A stretch of DNA of 64,000 nucleotides from Paraspadella gotoi (GCA_051294375.1 CM119270.1:4270301-4334300); one strand, 5' to 3'. Shown: positions 29,399 to 44,500, numbered from the stretch's first letter. Translations and numbers: made by a program. Notes: a model not told the origin generated them from the letters alone.

Positions 29399-30437
29399 TC
29401 AATGACAGGCACGGGCGTAGAGCAGCATGTAGGGCGTGGCGTATAGAGGCGCGTTTGATGGAACGGTGCCAGACGCAGCGCCAGCCTCTCGGCGGAAATT
29501 CTGCGCAACTTCGACGTCGTCGCATTCGAACCAAGAGAACGCCTCCTCTTTTCCCTCGAACTCCGTCGTCGTTGTCGTCGTCGCGTCGTCTTCCTCCCGC
29601 GACGGCGGCGGAGGGCCTCGTCCGAGAGACTGAGATTCTCTAAGCTCTGACTCATGGCGCCGGCGGTGGTCGGTGGCCGCGGGGGTGGCGCGGGATGGAC
29701 CCGGCGGCCAAAAGGTTGCGATCCATGACGCCGTTCATGTTTTCGTCGGGCACGACGTTTCCGTTCTCGTCGCCGTTGTTATTGATCTCCAACGCAAGGT
29801 CATCGGCGTCGAAAGGCGGCACGATCGACGCCGGATTCGCCGACCTGAGGGTCGGCGTCGACGGCGTCGGCCTCGGCGTCGAGATCGCGAGGGATGGGAG
29901 ATCGGTGCGGGGAAGGGGAGACGTGTCGGGGAGGAGAGGTCGTATTCGCCTACGTGAATAAATATAAAAATTCAATATATGAATGTACATATATCTCGTT
30001 AATTGAATGAATGAATACTTGAATGATTGAATAATTGTAATTGGATAAATGATTAATTAAATTAATGAATAATTAATTTAATGAATAAATGAATAATTTA
30101 ATCAATTAAATCAGATCACTCGAATCGGACCGAACCTTCGAACGGCGCCACGTCGACCGCTTCCGCTCGGGCTTCGGGAAACAAGTCCTACAGACTCTGA
30201 CGTAAGCCGTGTAGTGACCGACAGAGAGAGACGTCCCCTGGTGCATGATGATGGCGAAGAGTTTGTAGCTGGTGGTGGAGGATGAGGAGGAGGTGGGCGT
30301 GGCGAATCCCTCCGCGTCGGCGACGGTAGTCAGCGACGCCGGAAGATCGAACGGCGTCGAGAGAAAATCGTTGATCTTCGTCAGCGTCGGCCCGCAGATT
30401 CTATGGTAGAGGAGGGCGACTTATTTTCTCTTTCTCT

Positions 30438-30522
<85 letters not shown>

Positions 30523-33500
30523 ACCCGTCGCCATCGTCGCGGAGAACCGTTTGAGATGAATGTTGAGGATGGGCGGAAGTTGTTGGTAGTGCGAGGTCCG
30601 CACGGCCTCGGTGTAGGCGCGGCACACGTCGCAGGCGTACTTGTTTTGGTCGACGAGGCGCCTCGGCCTTGCAGAGGACGCTGAGCGGCCAGCAGGCGCG
30701 CGGCTCCTCGTCACGAGATCGTCGTCGCTGAACATCCCGAGGTCGTCGGAGGCGACATATCCAGACCCGAGGAGCCGAGGCCGAGTCGGAAGACTTCTTA
30801 TCCTCCGTCTCGTCCTCCAAGCGAACGGGAACGGAGAGATCCTGGTGCAGAGGAAATGGAGGGTACGATTGAAAAAATGCGAAAATAGAAGAAAAAGAAT
30901 AAAGAAAGAAGAAAAGTAAGAAATAAAGAAGAAAAATAAGAAAAAAAGGAAAGAGAATGAATGAAAGAAAGAAATCTAAAATCCTGCCTCTCTTCTCCTT
31001 TCTCTTCATATCTATTCACTTGCTCTTGTGGTCTACGACATACTTCGTCTCCACTGACCTGAAAGGGTTCCGTCTTTCCGAGCAAGTGTCACAATCTTGG
31101 CACCTTGTTTTATCACCATTTGCCTCAAACAACCTCGTGATTATGTCGCTCCGTCCGGAAACTGGAACAAGACAGCGAAACTAATCAGTGAAACTAAATA
31201 CAGTACTTGAGAATAAATCCGAAAACTATAATTATAAGAGTAATATAAAAATATTTTCATCTCGTTTTCTTAATATAGCAAACCAAAATGAATCATTTTG
31301 CAGGGTTGCATTAAAAACCCACCCAAAAAAAAAACACTAAAAAGTGGGGTTTTTGGTTGTTTTTTTTATTAAATATATTTTTTGTTACCTTTCTCTTTAA
31401 TATAATTAATAACTTTAAATATAATATTAAATGCAACTAATATACAGCTCTGACTTACTTATAAATCGTTCTTTGACGTCTTTTAACTTGATTCTGTTGT
31501 GTTTTAGCTTGATTCTTACTTGATTTCATCTCTGACTTGACTTTGTATCTAACATAAAAATTGGCAACGACAATTTGATATTTACATTATTTACTATTTC
31601 ATTCTCTCAATTTGCTTTGTAATAACACTAACTGTCACATCTTTTTGTAAAAGATTTAATAATGAGCTCCACATCCATATGTAAGCATATTGGATATTTC
31701 TCTCTTAACAGATACCTCATTTTAACCATTTTCATTTCATTATCAGTAACGCAAGCAAAAACAATTTTGCCAGTCTCTGCTTTAATTTTTGCAACTGGAG
31801 TAGGACACAAACTTGACGTATCAGAATCAGACGTGTCAGAAGAATTTCTCATTGAACTAAGAGGAAGATTTAATGGGGGAGACATTTGAAATGATAAGTC
31901 ATCTCGTTCTTTTTTTTTCTTACTACTAATTTTTTCACTGCAGGTGATCGCAGTTAACATTTTTGAGTCAATTTCAACCGGGCTCACTTCAACCCACTCC
32001 GTTCCTTTTTTTCTACCACTACTAAACGACATTGTTAATAAATTAGGATGTCATTTTAGTAACCTGAAAGTGAATAAGAAACAAAACAAATTTCCTAGCA
32101 TCATTATCTATAAAAAATATTAAAGTATCAGTTTATACAATATGATAAAGTCTATTAATTTTCCAATATTAATCAAAAGGAAAAAAAATTTATACAGATA
32201 CATCAGTTAAAAGCCTACATAGTTACTGCTTTAAAGTAAAAAGAACCTGTTTTAAAATCATTGGACTTAGTAATTGAAAAAACCCAAAAAAACCCACTCA
32301 AAAAAACCAAAAACCCACTGGGACTGGATTTTTAAAAAATAAACCCGGGTTTTTGCCAACCCAGACATTTTGTGTACTGTTAAAATTAAAAAGTCATAGC
32401 TTTCACGACCCTGTTTAAAAACAAAAGACAATCCCTGATGCACGATTGAAACTCACCGTTCAGGTATCTGGACCTTGTCGCGCACTTTCTCGTCGAGAGT
32501 CGTGACCGAACGGGAACGCGACGACGGCGCCGCCCCTCGAGCGCGCGAGGGACTCCCCGTCCGGCGCCGGCTTAGGAGGATGAAGCGAAGAGTAGAGGGA
32601 GAGCGCTGCGTTGGTTTTGGCGGCGCCGAGAAGGCGACGGGAAGTTTGGCGTGACTAGAGGCTTTGAGTTGGGGACGATGCTTTTTGAGGGAAATAATGC
32701 GGGTGAAGGTGCCGTTGGCGTTGCGCTTGGTCGAGATCGTCTTGTTCGTAACGACGACGGCGGAGGCGGCGACGACGCCGCCTTTGGGCGATTTGGCGAA
32801 CATTGAGGTGAGTCCGCAACTGGCCTTTGGAGAAGAGGGTTTTTCTTCGACTTCTTCGTCGAGGAAGAGTCGGCTTCTTCGTCGGCTGCGATGAAGGGAC
32901 GATCGCTGGGTCTGGGGGAGGATGGGGGATTGCTTTTCATGTTGTTGTTGTTGTTGTTGTTGTTGTGATTGGCCATTGAACGAGACGAAATCGAGCTAAA
33001 TCGATTACCTCCCTAGCTACAACAACAACATACCGGAGTCGTAACGGCTGCTGGTGGGGGAGTGTCAGACTTGTCAGATTGTTGTCGTCTTCCATTTTTT
33101 CGTCGTCGTCGTCATCCTCAGAAGTCAAAGCCAGTTTTGGTGGCGGAGCCAGAATTTCCTAAAAGACAGTCGGGGTTTTTAGCGTTTCATTCTTGAAAAA
33201 GTACAGACCAAACGGTGAATATAACAGTATCAGACAAAATTCTCTTAGTCGGAATAATTTTACCGACTAGTACATAGAATAATATAAGATATAAACGTCA
33301 AATACAGACATATTTATAAATCAATCAATCAATCGCGCTACCTGAAGCTTGAAGATTTGCTTGGACGCCTCCTGGACGTAAGTGAGGAGGCAATGAAGGA
33401 ACTCGGGCGCGTCCTGTTGGATGTTCTCTTCGAACATCGGGTTGACTTCCCTCACGGCGCCGAGGAGATCCTTGGGCGCTGTCGATCCGGCGCCTCCGAC

Positions 33501-34389
33501 GGAAATCCCTTGGCCGACATGGCGTCGAAGAGGTCGCGCAAGAGACGCACCACGCGCCACGTCTTCCGGTCGTCCTCCTCCACTTTGACTTCGGACGGAG
33601 CCTTTGCCGGTTCGAGCTCGTCGTCCTTGGGAGAGTCGGCGTCGGCGGCGACTCCGTTTCGAAGCGCGTGTCATATCAAGGCCTTCTTGTCACGCGCCTT
33701 TTTTTCCTGGAAAGAAAAACGAAAATTAAGTGATTTAAAACAATTATTATTTCTTATAATTTTTATATTTGTTTATTAAACTGAATAAGAATTAAACTAA
33801 ATAAGAAAATGAGCAAAATTTTAAAAAAATCACTTCAAAACAAACAAAAACAAAAAAAAAAAAAAAATAAGCAAAGAAATAAAAAAATCACATAGCCAGA
33901 GCTTATTATTTTTAACGTAGAATTGGAAAGAATAAAAAGCCAAACAATTAGTTGAAAAGAAAATCTCCACCTGCAACTTTTCCTCGACGACTTCCATCTG
34001 TTCCACGATCGATCTCAGCCCGGCGTGAACCCAGCGTGAACCGTAACACCTGCAGAACGCTGTTGGCGTAGCAGGTGTTTCCGAGGTTGTCGAGCCCCGC
34101 GATCGGGTTAATGTGCTCGGGTCGGGCAGGCGGGGCGTCGTTTTGACGACAACGTCTCCGGAGAGGCCAAAGGTCTCCAGTCGGTGTCGTTGCCGCCGCG
34201 AATTCGGCTAGTCGGCGCTGTCGTCGGCGCCGCTTTATCGTCGCTCTCTGATCATCGAGAAAACGACGCAGCGAGGCTTCATCTCGAGCTCGCCGTCGTC
34301 ACGCTGAGCGCCGGTCGTCACGCGACGCCCGTTCGTCCTTGTCGATGACGCTCCTTCCGGACAAAGCGTTGCGGCCGAAAATCTTTCAT
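29399..34389 (-). pseudogene. USP1: USP1 copy 1, heavily frameshifted by 1-nt deletions (probably an error-rich duplicate)
   Basis: Same exons as 40458-45550; the Cys-box exon (33970-34389) has many single-base deletions relative to the open frame in copy 2. Confidence 0.85.
31301..32364 (-). mobile_element. Internally deleted hAT DNA transposon in a USP1 intron (copy 1)
   Basis: Ends CAGGGTTGCA...TGCCAACCCAG; flanks TCATTTTG/ACATTTTG; transposase fragments as in copy 2. Confidence 0.8.
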
Positions 34390-35700
34390 TCTGGTCGGCG
34401 TCCACTGGTCAAAAGGACGAGAAATCATCGATTATTGATAATGCGGCAAATGGTCGGACCGGCCGGCATTCATAAATCTGATTCTCAACGGATTACACAC
34501 TACCAAAGCGGGTTTAAAGTTTAACGATATTCGATGTAAATCAGGAAATTTTAAGAGGGAAAGAGATATGTGTCACGTGAACGTTTTAAAACATTTAAAA
34601 ATAAGGAAGTAAAAACGTTCACGGTCACAAAGACGACGGGTGAAGCGAGTTTAACAAAGTCTGATCGTGTTCGTTGCGATGATAAATGCGTTCGTAAGAA
34701 TTTTAAATTTTTTTACCAAAACTTGATCGAGATAAAAAGTCACTTTTCCCGCCACACAAAGAGAATTTAAAAAAAAGCTACTGCAGAAACACGCGGGAAC
34801 GATTTCTGAGATGGCGTCTCTCGAGTGGAGCCATAGGCGGAGACAATTTGCGAATGAGCCAATAATGAAAGAAACAACGATTCTCCGCTTCTCTAATTAG
34901 TCCATTTCGCATTATGTTGTTAAAGAACCAATCATAACGAAAGCAGACAGTCTGAAATGACGATATGAATTTGAGGCCTTAAATGTATTAACGAGAGAGT
35001 CGAGCTGTTTACGTCAGATTTTTCGTTCTCAGCTCTGGTTGGTGGAAATAGATTATTCGATTTTCATTCGTCTATACTCTCGGCATTAAATTAAATAGTG
35101 GGTATTGGCGGGAGAACATCTAAACTCAATGTGATTGGAAGATTATACTTGACTGTAATTCTATTGGTCAAGACAGAAAAATAACGTTATTATTCATAAA
35201 GAAATTCATTTAGCTGCCCTTGCATTAAATGACGTCATAGCGGGAAGATGGAGCAGCTAAGCTATTTTTCAAAAAAAAGTAATGATCAGTCTACGTATTT
35301 AAATATTTAATGAACTTTTACTCGTTTAAATTCGTTTCAAAATGTTAATATATTTAAAATATTGGAACTTTATTCCCTATCAATCTTTGAAATTTGAATG
35401 TTGATTATCAACTGCTGAGGTTTCCATTTTGAAAGAAAAAAAATAAAACTAATTTGAAGAAACATTGATATTTAGTCACCACAGAATACGGAGCCTGCCA
35501 CTCAATAGCTGTTTGACAAAACAACCTGACAAAAGGCTTTCATAATTCTATAGAATATTTGGAGAAGTATTTTTTGACGATTTGTTTTGGTTTTCAAGCT
35601 TATCGATTTCCTTTGTAACAGAATTGTTTTTGAAAGCAAAAACCAACTTTTTAACTTCGTTGTTCTCTTTCGTCGCTTTTATCTATTCATTGTTATTATT

Positions 35701-36160
35701 TTAGTATGAAAGGTAAAGGTTGACACGCAGGGCCAGTGGTCGGAGATATCATGTAGTAGCCGTCTTTGTAAATAGTACCTTCGCCGGGAATGTGAAATTC
35801 GCGATTCAAATACTTCCAATACCAAGACTTGTCATTTTGAAGTTTAAAAATCTCCATCCAAGCAGGTGCATAGGTTGCTTGTGACTCTAAAATAGAACGT
35901 TAAAATAAAAACGGGTGGTCGCCCATGAAAAAGGAAAGTAATTATCAACATAGACTTCTAACAAAACTTTGAGAGAGACGATGTAGTCCAGGGTCTTGTC
36001 GTAATTGAGGTCGTACTTGTAGTGAAAGGGTCGGCTCTGGCCAACCAATTGGTCTTCGCGAAAAACTGCCGAATCCCCAGTTATGCCGAAGTCGAATCTG
36101 TAAACATCCGGGTCTAGCAGGGCGTCGCTGTTGAATCCGTACTCAACGTTGAGTCGCCTG
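35701..36160 (-). pseudogene. Duplicate of the last two exons of the sphingomyelinase gene
   Basis: Matches 46888-47355 with 1-nt deletions; cut off at the block junction near 36203. Confidence 0.85.
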
Positions 36161-36204
36161 CAAGATCAGAATCATGTCCAAAATTTTTTACCCTTTAGAA
36201 TGAT

Positions 36205-37207
36205 TCTCTCCACGGGGTCGTAGAAATAGCTGAAGGGGGCGAACAAAACACGGGGTTAAAAATTGAAAATGTTTTAACCAAAATTTAATTTACTGCTTAT
36301 TTATATTTATAATGACCATCATGCTTTGACTTTGGGCTTGAAAGTTGGCAATGAAATTGGTGCAACCAATATAAAATTATCTATTGAATTAAGTTATCTT
36401 GCCCCTGACTTTGGACAGGCTTTGATGGTTCAAGGCTTCCATCACTCACAAGATATTCCATCTGGAGAAGCGAGTGTCCTTGCCACATTCACATACCCGC
36501 TATCGGAGAGAGTTCCGAAGACAGAGGGCACTAGATCGGACAAGTAACTCTGAGCGAAGGCGCGGGCGGCGATTTTCTCCGCCGTCTCTCGCTCCTTTCG
36601 GAGAATCTCCCGCTGCTGTTTCATGCGGCGCTCCTGAAGAATAAATGAACATCGCCCGTTGATTTATTTTTATTTATAAAGGACGAAATAAAACTGCTGT
36701 AATAATTACACCACTGTGTATTAATGTCAACTACAGAAACAAATTAGCAGGGAAAATATGTATGTACTACAAGGAGATTAAAAAAATATACATTTAGTAA
36801 AAGAAAATTAGCAAAAAACAACTCGACATTGAATATTAACAACTCAGCCCACCTTTTCCTCGCGGTGGCGTCGCTCCTGCTCCTCCAATCTCTGCTGCTC
36901 ACCATTCTGCGTTGCGAAGCTCCTCGAAGGACCTCTGCTGGGCGCGGAGCTGCGCCAGCTCCTCTTCCTCCATGACTTCGAGTAGCGACTGTTCGATGGT
37001 TTTTCCGACGAGCACTTCCAGGATTGGTTTGACTTCAACGTCGAAGTCGAAGAGGTCGCCTCCATTATTTGAGTCTCGACGTCCACGCCTGCGGGTGGGA
37101 GGGGGCCGAGGAAGGGTCGAGAAATATCGGATAACAAACATTTTAAACTGCGATCTGTGGACCTGATCATCTGAAGACGTTCACGCAAGCGTACTTAACT
37201 ATAGTCT

Positions 37208-37303
<96 letters not shown>

Positions 37304-38678
37304 TCGTACTATTCGAGCAAGTGATGGTGATGCCTAAAATCAGTTAAATTATTCTTGCTCTGATACTCGTTGATGTTTACCTCTGATTTTAAAAGATTTT
37401 TGGTTTTAAAGTTTTCTCGACAATAAGTTGTTTTTGATTAGTTATGCTTTTGTCTCGATTTGACTATTCCATTTTCCGGCCCACTCTGTTAATCCTCGTT
37501 CTCACCCGTTTTGGCGGGAATGAATAACGGGAGGGAGGGCGATCGAGAAAGCGTCGGTCTGGCACTCCACGTCGGCTTCCTCCACACGATCCGACAATTC
37601 TTCGAGGTACAACTCCGTCTGTACATCCTGGAGTAGTTAGTGTAGAAAATGGCGGTTTCATTTAAGATTTAAAAATAAAAATAAGTGTCCGCAAAAATTT
37701 ATTTCAGAGGCTTAAATGAATATTTTTTCAAAATTCATGATCCAGACTAAATTCTTCAAAAACTTGAAAATTTCCAGCCACACTGGTCCCAGCATCGAAC
37801 AATACCTGATGCTTTCTACCCTCTGGCGGCTCCGGCGAACGGGGCTTTAACTGTTCCTTGGCGCGTCTCTTCGCCAGAGCGCGTCGTCTCACTTCCTGCG
37901 AATTTCAGCCAAAATTTTAACAAACTGGTCGCGTCAAACCACAGTTTTAACAATATGCATACATGTATATATGACAAATTATACAATTATACATTTCGAT
38001 TTTTGATTAGAATGTGACCATTTCAAACCTGTTGCCTTTGAATCTCGAGCGGATCTGGCTGCTGTGTGGCGGGCAAGACATTTTGAGCGTAGGTGCTGCC
38101 TCTCACTACACGACGATCCCACATCAAGTTCCCGAACCTGAAAAGGTCAAGGCAATTTATTGCTGGAGTTGAATCGTGGTGGTCGGTTATAAATGTATTT
38201 TGTATTAATTTTGTGTTGTATAACCCATGTGTTATCCCTCTATTTTCAAAGACAACACTAACATCCCTCTCCCATTACATTATTAAATTTAAAATATATA
38301 ATAATTAATAATATATAATAATATATAATATAAAATAATATAATAATAATAATATAATAATAATAATATAATAATAATATAATAATAATAATTAAGTGAA
38401 ATATAATAAACTTTTTTATTCTCTTCAAAATTTATTCTAATATAAAGTAAAACAGCCATTTTTCATAAATTACGAAAGTAAATACTTGACAAACTCATAC
38501 CAAGTGATCCATCTAATCCCGACCTGAGTGCGGCGTCAGCAACCGCCTGGTCGGCGGCGGCGGCGTTGTCTTGGACGCGATACTGTTTCCGCTGTTTGAC
38601 TGGTCGAGGTTGACTGGCAAAGGTGTAGGTATCCCTTGGTGGTGCTTGCTGCGGTGGTTGGTGAACCGCCGCCGCCAT
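36205..38678 (-). pseudogene. RSPH3: RSPH3 second copy, truncated in the last exon by the block junction
   Basis: Same exons as 25108-27577; breaks off just after YFYDPVE. Confidence 0.85.
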
Positions 38679-39115
38679 TTTTAAAAATTCAATTTATAGA
38701 TATACAGTATACACTATACAAACGTTTATTTTCAAGCTTCGGTATTTAAATTAATCAAGATTGTCGGTTTTATTTCGGGACGAAGGAATGATTTATTAAA
38801 ATAACTGCGACGGCGGTCGAGAATGGTGTTTCCGTTTAAATTCTGTTATCTGTTAATTCCTTAACACGAATAATAAAGAGAAAAAAAAATGGATAAATGA
38901 GAATATAACGACCGCGAAAGAAGGTTATCCCCGATAACAAAAAATTAATCTGATTTTGGCAGAAAGAAACGAAGAAATGCATCTAAAATGCTTGAATGTC
39001 AATAAAATCGAGTCACGAGGCTATGGAATTATTTCTTTTTAACTTTGGAAATCATTATTTTCATAGGCAGTCTGATAGCAATTTGATAAAGCCTCGGAAA
39101 GAAATGTGCTGAACC

Positions 39116-39129
39116 GTCTCCATGGAAAC
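39116..39129. promoter_or_regulatory. Canonical 14-bp RFX X-box upstream of RSPH3 (copy 2)
   Basis: GTCTCCATGGAAAC fits GTHNYYATRRNAAC exactly, ~440 bp 5' of the ATG of a motile-cilium gene. Confidence 0.7.
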
Positions 39130-40457
39130 TAAACAAAAAGTTCTGAAAATCTTTGGGTCCGGAACGTCGGCCTCGCTGGAACACTTGCTATTTAAGTTGT
39201 CCGTTACTGAAATCGGCTCAGTGACCATTTTTCAGGATTAAGTTTCTTGACGCTCTTCGCTTTGAGATTTTAAATGTTTAGTTAATGTTATATACCATCA
39301 AAGACTTTTTACTAGCTGCTTACATTAAATTAGCTCATTAGTATGGAAAAATAGCTAGCGAATTAATTCTTTCTAACTAACACTGAGGCGACTTACCAAA
39401 CTTCGTACTTAATACTTAATACTCAAAAATAATAACAATGTATAATTAAAATAATGTTTATTTAAACAAGAAATTTTATTTCCTACTCGTTATATATAAT
39501 TTAAATCCATAAAGGGGGCATGCGAAAAATCCAATTTATCCTTTATTATCTCTAAATTCAATTTAGTGTAACAACACCTTTAAAACATTAGCTCTGAAGG
39601 GATGTTTTTTGTTGATAATAACACGCGAAGGAATGGCATTAGAAAAAAAAAGAAAAGAAAGTTACTTCACGATTCAATGGGGGCGACTGGACAGGAAATA
39701 AAAAGCAGCATGTAGTCAATAAACGCGCTTCTTGATTTTTGCCTTCTTTCATTATGGGTTTCATACATAAACTACAATGTACAAAGGAAATATTTCATCC
39801 CCCTGTATATCGGCCGCAGTTTCACACGAAGTAGAAACGAACTGAGGAACAATTGTCCCTAAGGGGACATTTCGAAGCAGATTTCCAAATAAGACACCTT
39901 GTGAGCAAAAAATGACAATTTTTTTTACGAGGAACAATTGATTTTTAACCGACGAATTTGTAGAAAAGAGAGGGAGAAAGAGAGAGAAAGAGAGAGAGAT
40001 AAAGTACTGCACAAACAGAGACATGGGAGCAGGAGAGACAAAAAGTAGGGAGTAGCAGGCTAAAATTAACAGCGTCAATAACCTATTTACAGGTTAATTA
40101 TTTTTCAATTGTGTTAAGTACTCTAAAGGATAGCACCGCCATCTTTGATACGCACAAACACACACGCATATATATAGATCGGAACGCTAGTTAATTTACG
40201 TCTAGTAGAAAAACCAACAAATGCAACGGACTAACCATTCAAAATTTACGCGCTCGCTCTGTAGTAAAACTCAAAAGACACAAAAGTAGAGCCGAATGTT
40301 TGACACAAACATAAATTCATGGAATGTTACTCGTTTGTATTTAAATTTGTTTTGTTTTTAATCGCGATTTTCACAATCTGGTCTTTTCAATAGACTCTCC
40401 CCCCCATTTTTTTTGTCAGTAACGTCCCATTTTTTCTCTTCCGGGCCCGATCGAGCC

Positions 40458-41505
40458 TCAATGACAGGCACGGGCGTAGAGCAGCATGTAGGGCGTGGCG
40501 TATGAGACGGCGCCGTTGATGGAAGGTGCCAGACGCAGCGCCAGCCTCTCGGCGGAAATTCTGCGAACTTCGACGTCGTCGCATTCGAACCAAGAGAACG
40601 CCTCCTCTTTTCCCTCGAACTCCGTCGTCGTTGACGTCGTCGCGTCGTCTTCCTCCCGCGACGGCGGCGGAGGGGTCTCGTCCGAGAGACTGAGATTCTC
40701 TAAGCTCTGACTCATGGCGCCGGCGGTGGTCGGTGGCCGCGGGGGTGGCGCGGGATGGACCCCGGCGGCCAAAAGGTTGCGATCCATGACGCCGTTCATG
40801 TTTTCGTCGGGCACGACGTTTCCGTTCTCGTCGCCGTTGTTATTGATCTCCAACGCAAGGTCATCGGCGTCGAAAGGCGGCACGATCGACGCCGGATTCG
40901 GCCGACCTGAGGGTCGGCGTCGACGGGCGTCGGCCTCGGCGTCGAGATCGCGAGGGATGGGAGATCGGTGGCGGGGGGAAAGGGGAGACGTGTCGGGGGA
41001 GGAGAGGTCGTATTCGCCTACGTGAATAAATATAAAAATTCAATATATGAATGTACATATACCTCGTTAATTGAACGAATGAATACTTGAATGATTGAAT
41101 AATTGTAATTGGATAAATGATTAATTAAATTAATGAATAATTAATTTAATGAATAAATGAATAATTTAATCAATTAAATCAGATCACTCGAATCGACCGA
41201 ACCTTCGAACGGCGCCACGTCGACCGCTTCCGCCTCGGGCTTCGGGAAACAAGTCCTACAGACTCTGACGTAAGCCGTGTAGTGACCGACAGAGAGAGAC
41301 GTCCCCTGGTGCATGATGATGGCGAAGAGTTTGTAGCTGGTGGTGGAGGATGAGGAGGAGGTGGGCGTGGCGAATCCCTCCGCGTCGGCGACGGTAGTCA
41401 GCGACGCCGGAAGATCGAACGGCGTCGAGAGAAAATCGTTGATCTTCGTCAGCGTCGGCCCGCAGATTCTATGGTAGAGGAGGGCGACTTATTTTCTCTT
41501 TCTCT

Positions 41506-41590
<85 letters not shown>

Positions 41591-44500
41591 ACCCGTCGCC
41601 CATCGTCGCGGAGAACCGTTTGAGATGAATGTTGAGGATGGGCGGAAGTTGTTGGTAGTGCGAGGTCCGCACGGCCTCGGTGTAGGCGCGGCACACGTCG
41701 CAGGCGTACTTGTTTTGGTCGACGAGGCGCTCGGCCTTGCAGAGGACGCTGAGCGGCCAGCAGGCGCGCGGCTCCTCGTCAACGAGATCGTCGTCGCTGA
41801 ACATCCCGAGGTCGTCGGAGGGCGACATATCCAGACCCGAGGAGCCGAGGCCAGAGTCGGAAGACTTCTTATCCTCCGTCTCGTCCTCCAAACGAACGGG
41901 AACGGAGAGATCCTGGTGCAGAGGAAATGGAGGGTACGAGTTGAAAAAATGCGAAAATAGAAGAAAAAGAAATAAAGAAAGAAAGAAAAAGTAAGAAAAT
42001 AAAAGAAAGAAAAATAATAAGAAAAAAAAGGAAAAGAGAATGAATGAAAGAAAGAAATCTAAATCCTCCTCTCTTCTCCTTTCTCTTCATATCTATTCAC
42101 TTGCTCTTGTGGTCTACGACATACTTCGTCTCCACTGACCTGAAAGGGTTCCGTCCTTTCCGAGCAAGTGTCACAATCTTGGCACCTTGTTTTTATCACC
42201 ATTTTGCCCTCAAACAACCTCGTGATTATGTCGCTCCGTCCGGAAACTGGAACAAGACAGCGAAACTAATCAGTGAAAACTAAATACAGTACTTGAGAAA
42301 ATAAATCCGAAAACTATAATTATAAGAGTAATATAAAAATATTTTCATCTCGTTTTCTTAAATATAGCAAACCAAAATGAATCATTTTGCAGGGTTGGCA
42401 TTAAAAAACCCACCCAAAAAAAACACACTAAAAAGTGGGGTTTTTGGTTTTTTTTTTATTAAATATATTTTTTGTTACCTTTCTCTTTTAATATAATTAA
42501 TAAACTTTAAATATAAATATTAAATGCAACTAATATACAGCATCTGACTTACTTATAAATCGTTCTTTGACGTCTTTTAACTTGATTTCTGTTGTGTTTT
42601 AGCTTGATTCTTACTTGATTTTCATCTCTGACTTGACTGACTTGATGTTTGTATCTAACATAAAAATTGGCAACGACAATTTGATATTTACATTATTTAC
42701 TATTTCATTCTCTTCAATTTGCTTTGTAATAACACTCACTGTCACATCTTTTTGTAAAAGATTTAAATAATGAGCTCCACATCCATATGTAAGCATATTG
42801 GGATATTTCTCTCTTAACAGATACCTCATTTTAACCATTTTCATTTCATTATCAGTAACGCAAGCAAAAACAATTTTGCCAGTCTCTGCTTTAATTTTTT
42901 GCAACTGGAGTAGGACACAAACTTGACGTATCAGAATCAGACATGTCAGAAGAATTTCTCATTGAACTAAGAGGAAGATTTAATGGGGGAGACATTTGAA
43001 ATGATAAGTCCTCTCGTTCTTTTTTTTTCTTACTACTAATTTTTTCACAGCAGTGATCGCAGCTAACTTTTTTTGAGTCAATTTCAACCGGGCTCACTTC
43101 AACCCACTCCGTTCCTTTTTTTTCTACCACTACCAAACGACATTGTTAATAAATTAGGATGTCATTTTAGTAACCTGAAAGTGAATAAGAAACAAAACAA
43201 ATTTTCCTAGCATCATTATCTATAAAAAATATTAAAGTATCAGTTTATACAATATGATAAAGTCTATTAATTTTCCAATATTAATCAAAAGGAAAAAAAT
43301 TTATAACAGATACATCAGTTAAAAGCCTACATAGTTACTGCTTTAAAGTAAAAAGAACCTGTTTAAAATCATTGGACTTAGTAATTGAAAAAACCCAAAA
43401 AACCCACCCAAAAAAACCAAAAAACCCACTGGGCTGGATTTTTAAAAAATAAACACGGGTTTTTGCCAACCCAGACATTTTGTGTACTGTTAAAATTAAA
43501 AAAGTCATATCTCATACTTCAAGCTTTCACGACCCTGTTTTAAAAACAAAAGACAATCCCTGATTCACGATTGAAACTCACCGTTCAGGTAATCCTGGAC
43601 CTTGTCGCGCACTTTCTCGTCGAGAGTCGTGACCGAACGGGAAACGGCGACGACGGCGCCGCCCCCTCGAGCGCGCGAGGGACTCCCCGTCCGGCGCCGC
43701 TTAGCAGGATGAAGCGAAGAGTAGAGGGAGAGCGCTGCGTTGGTTTTGGCGGCGCCGAGAAGGCCGACGGGAAGTTTGGCGTGACTAGAGGCTTTGAGTT
43801 TGGGGACGATGCCTTTTTGAGGGGAAATGATGCGGGTGAAGGTGCCGTTGGCGTTGCGCTTGGTCGAGATCGTCTTGTTCGTAACGACGACGGCGGAGGC
43901 GGCGACGACGCCGCCTTTGGGCGATTTGGCGAACATTGAGGTGAGTCGCAACTGGCCTTTGGAGAAGAGGGTTTTCTTCGACTTCTTCGTCGAGGAAGAG
44001 TCGGGCTTCTTCGTCGGCTGCGATGAAGGGACGATCGCTGGGTCTGGGGGAGGATGGGGGATTGCTTTTCATGTTGTTGTTGTTGTTGTTGTTGTGATTG
44101 GCCATTGAACGAGACGAAATCGAGCTTAAATCGATTACCTCCCTAGCTACAACAACAACATACCGGAGTCGTAACCGCTGCTGGTGGAGGGAGTGTCAGA
44201 CTTGTCAGATTTGTTGTCGTCTTCCATTTTTTCGTCGTCGTCGTCATCCTCAGAAGTCAAAGCCAGTTTTGGTGGCGGAGCCAGAATTTCCTAAAAGACA
44301 GTCGGGGTTTTTAGCGTTTCATTCTTGAAAAAGTACAGACCAAACGGTGAATATAACAGTATCAGACAAAATTCTCTTAGTCGGGAATAATTTTACCGAC
44401 TAGTATATAGAATAATATAAGATAAAAACGTCAAATACAGACATATTTAGTAAATCAATCAATCAATCGCGCTACCTGAAGCTTGAAGATTTGCTTGGAC

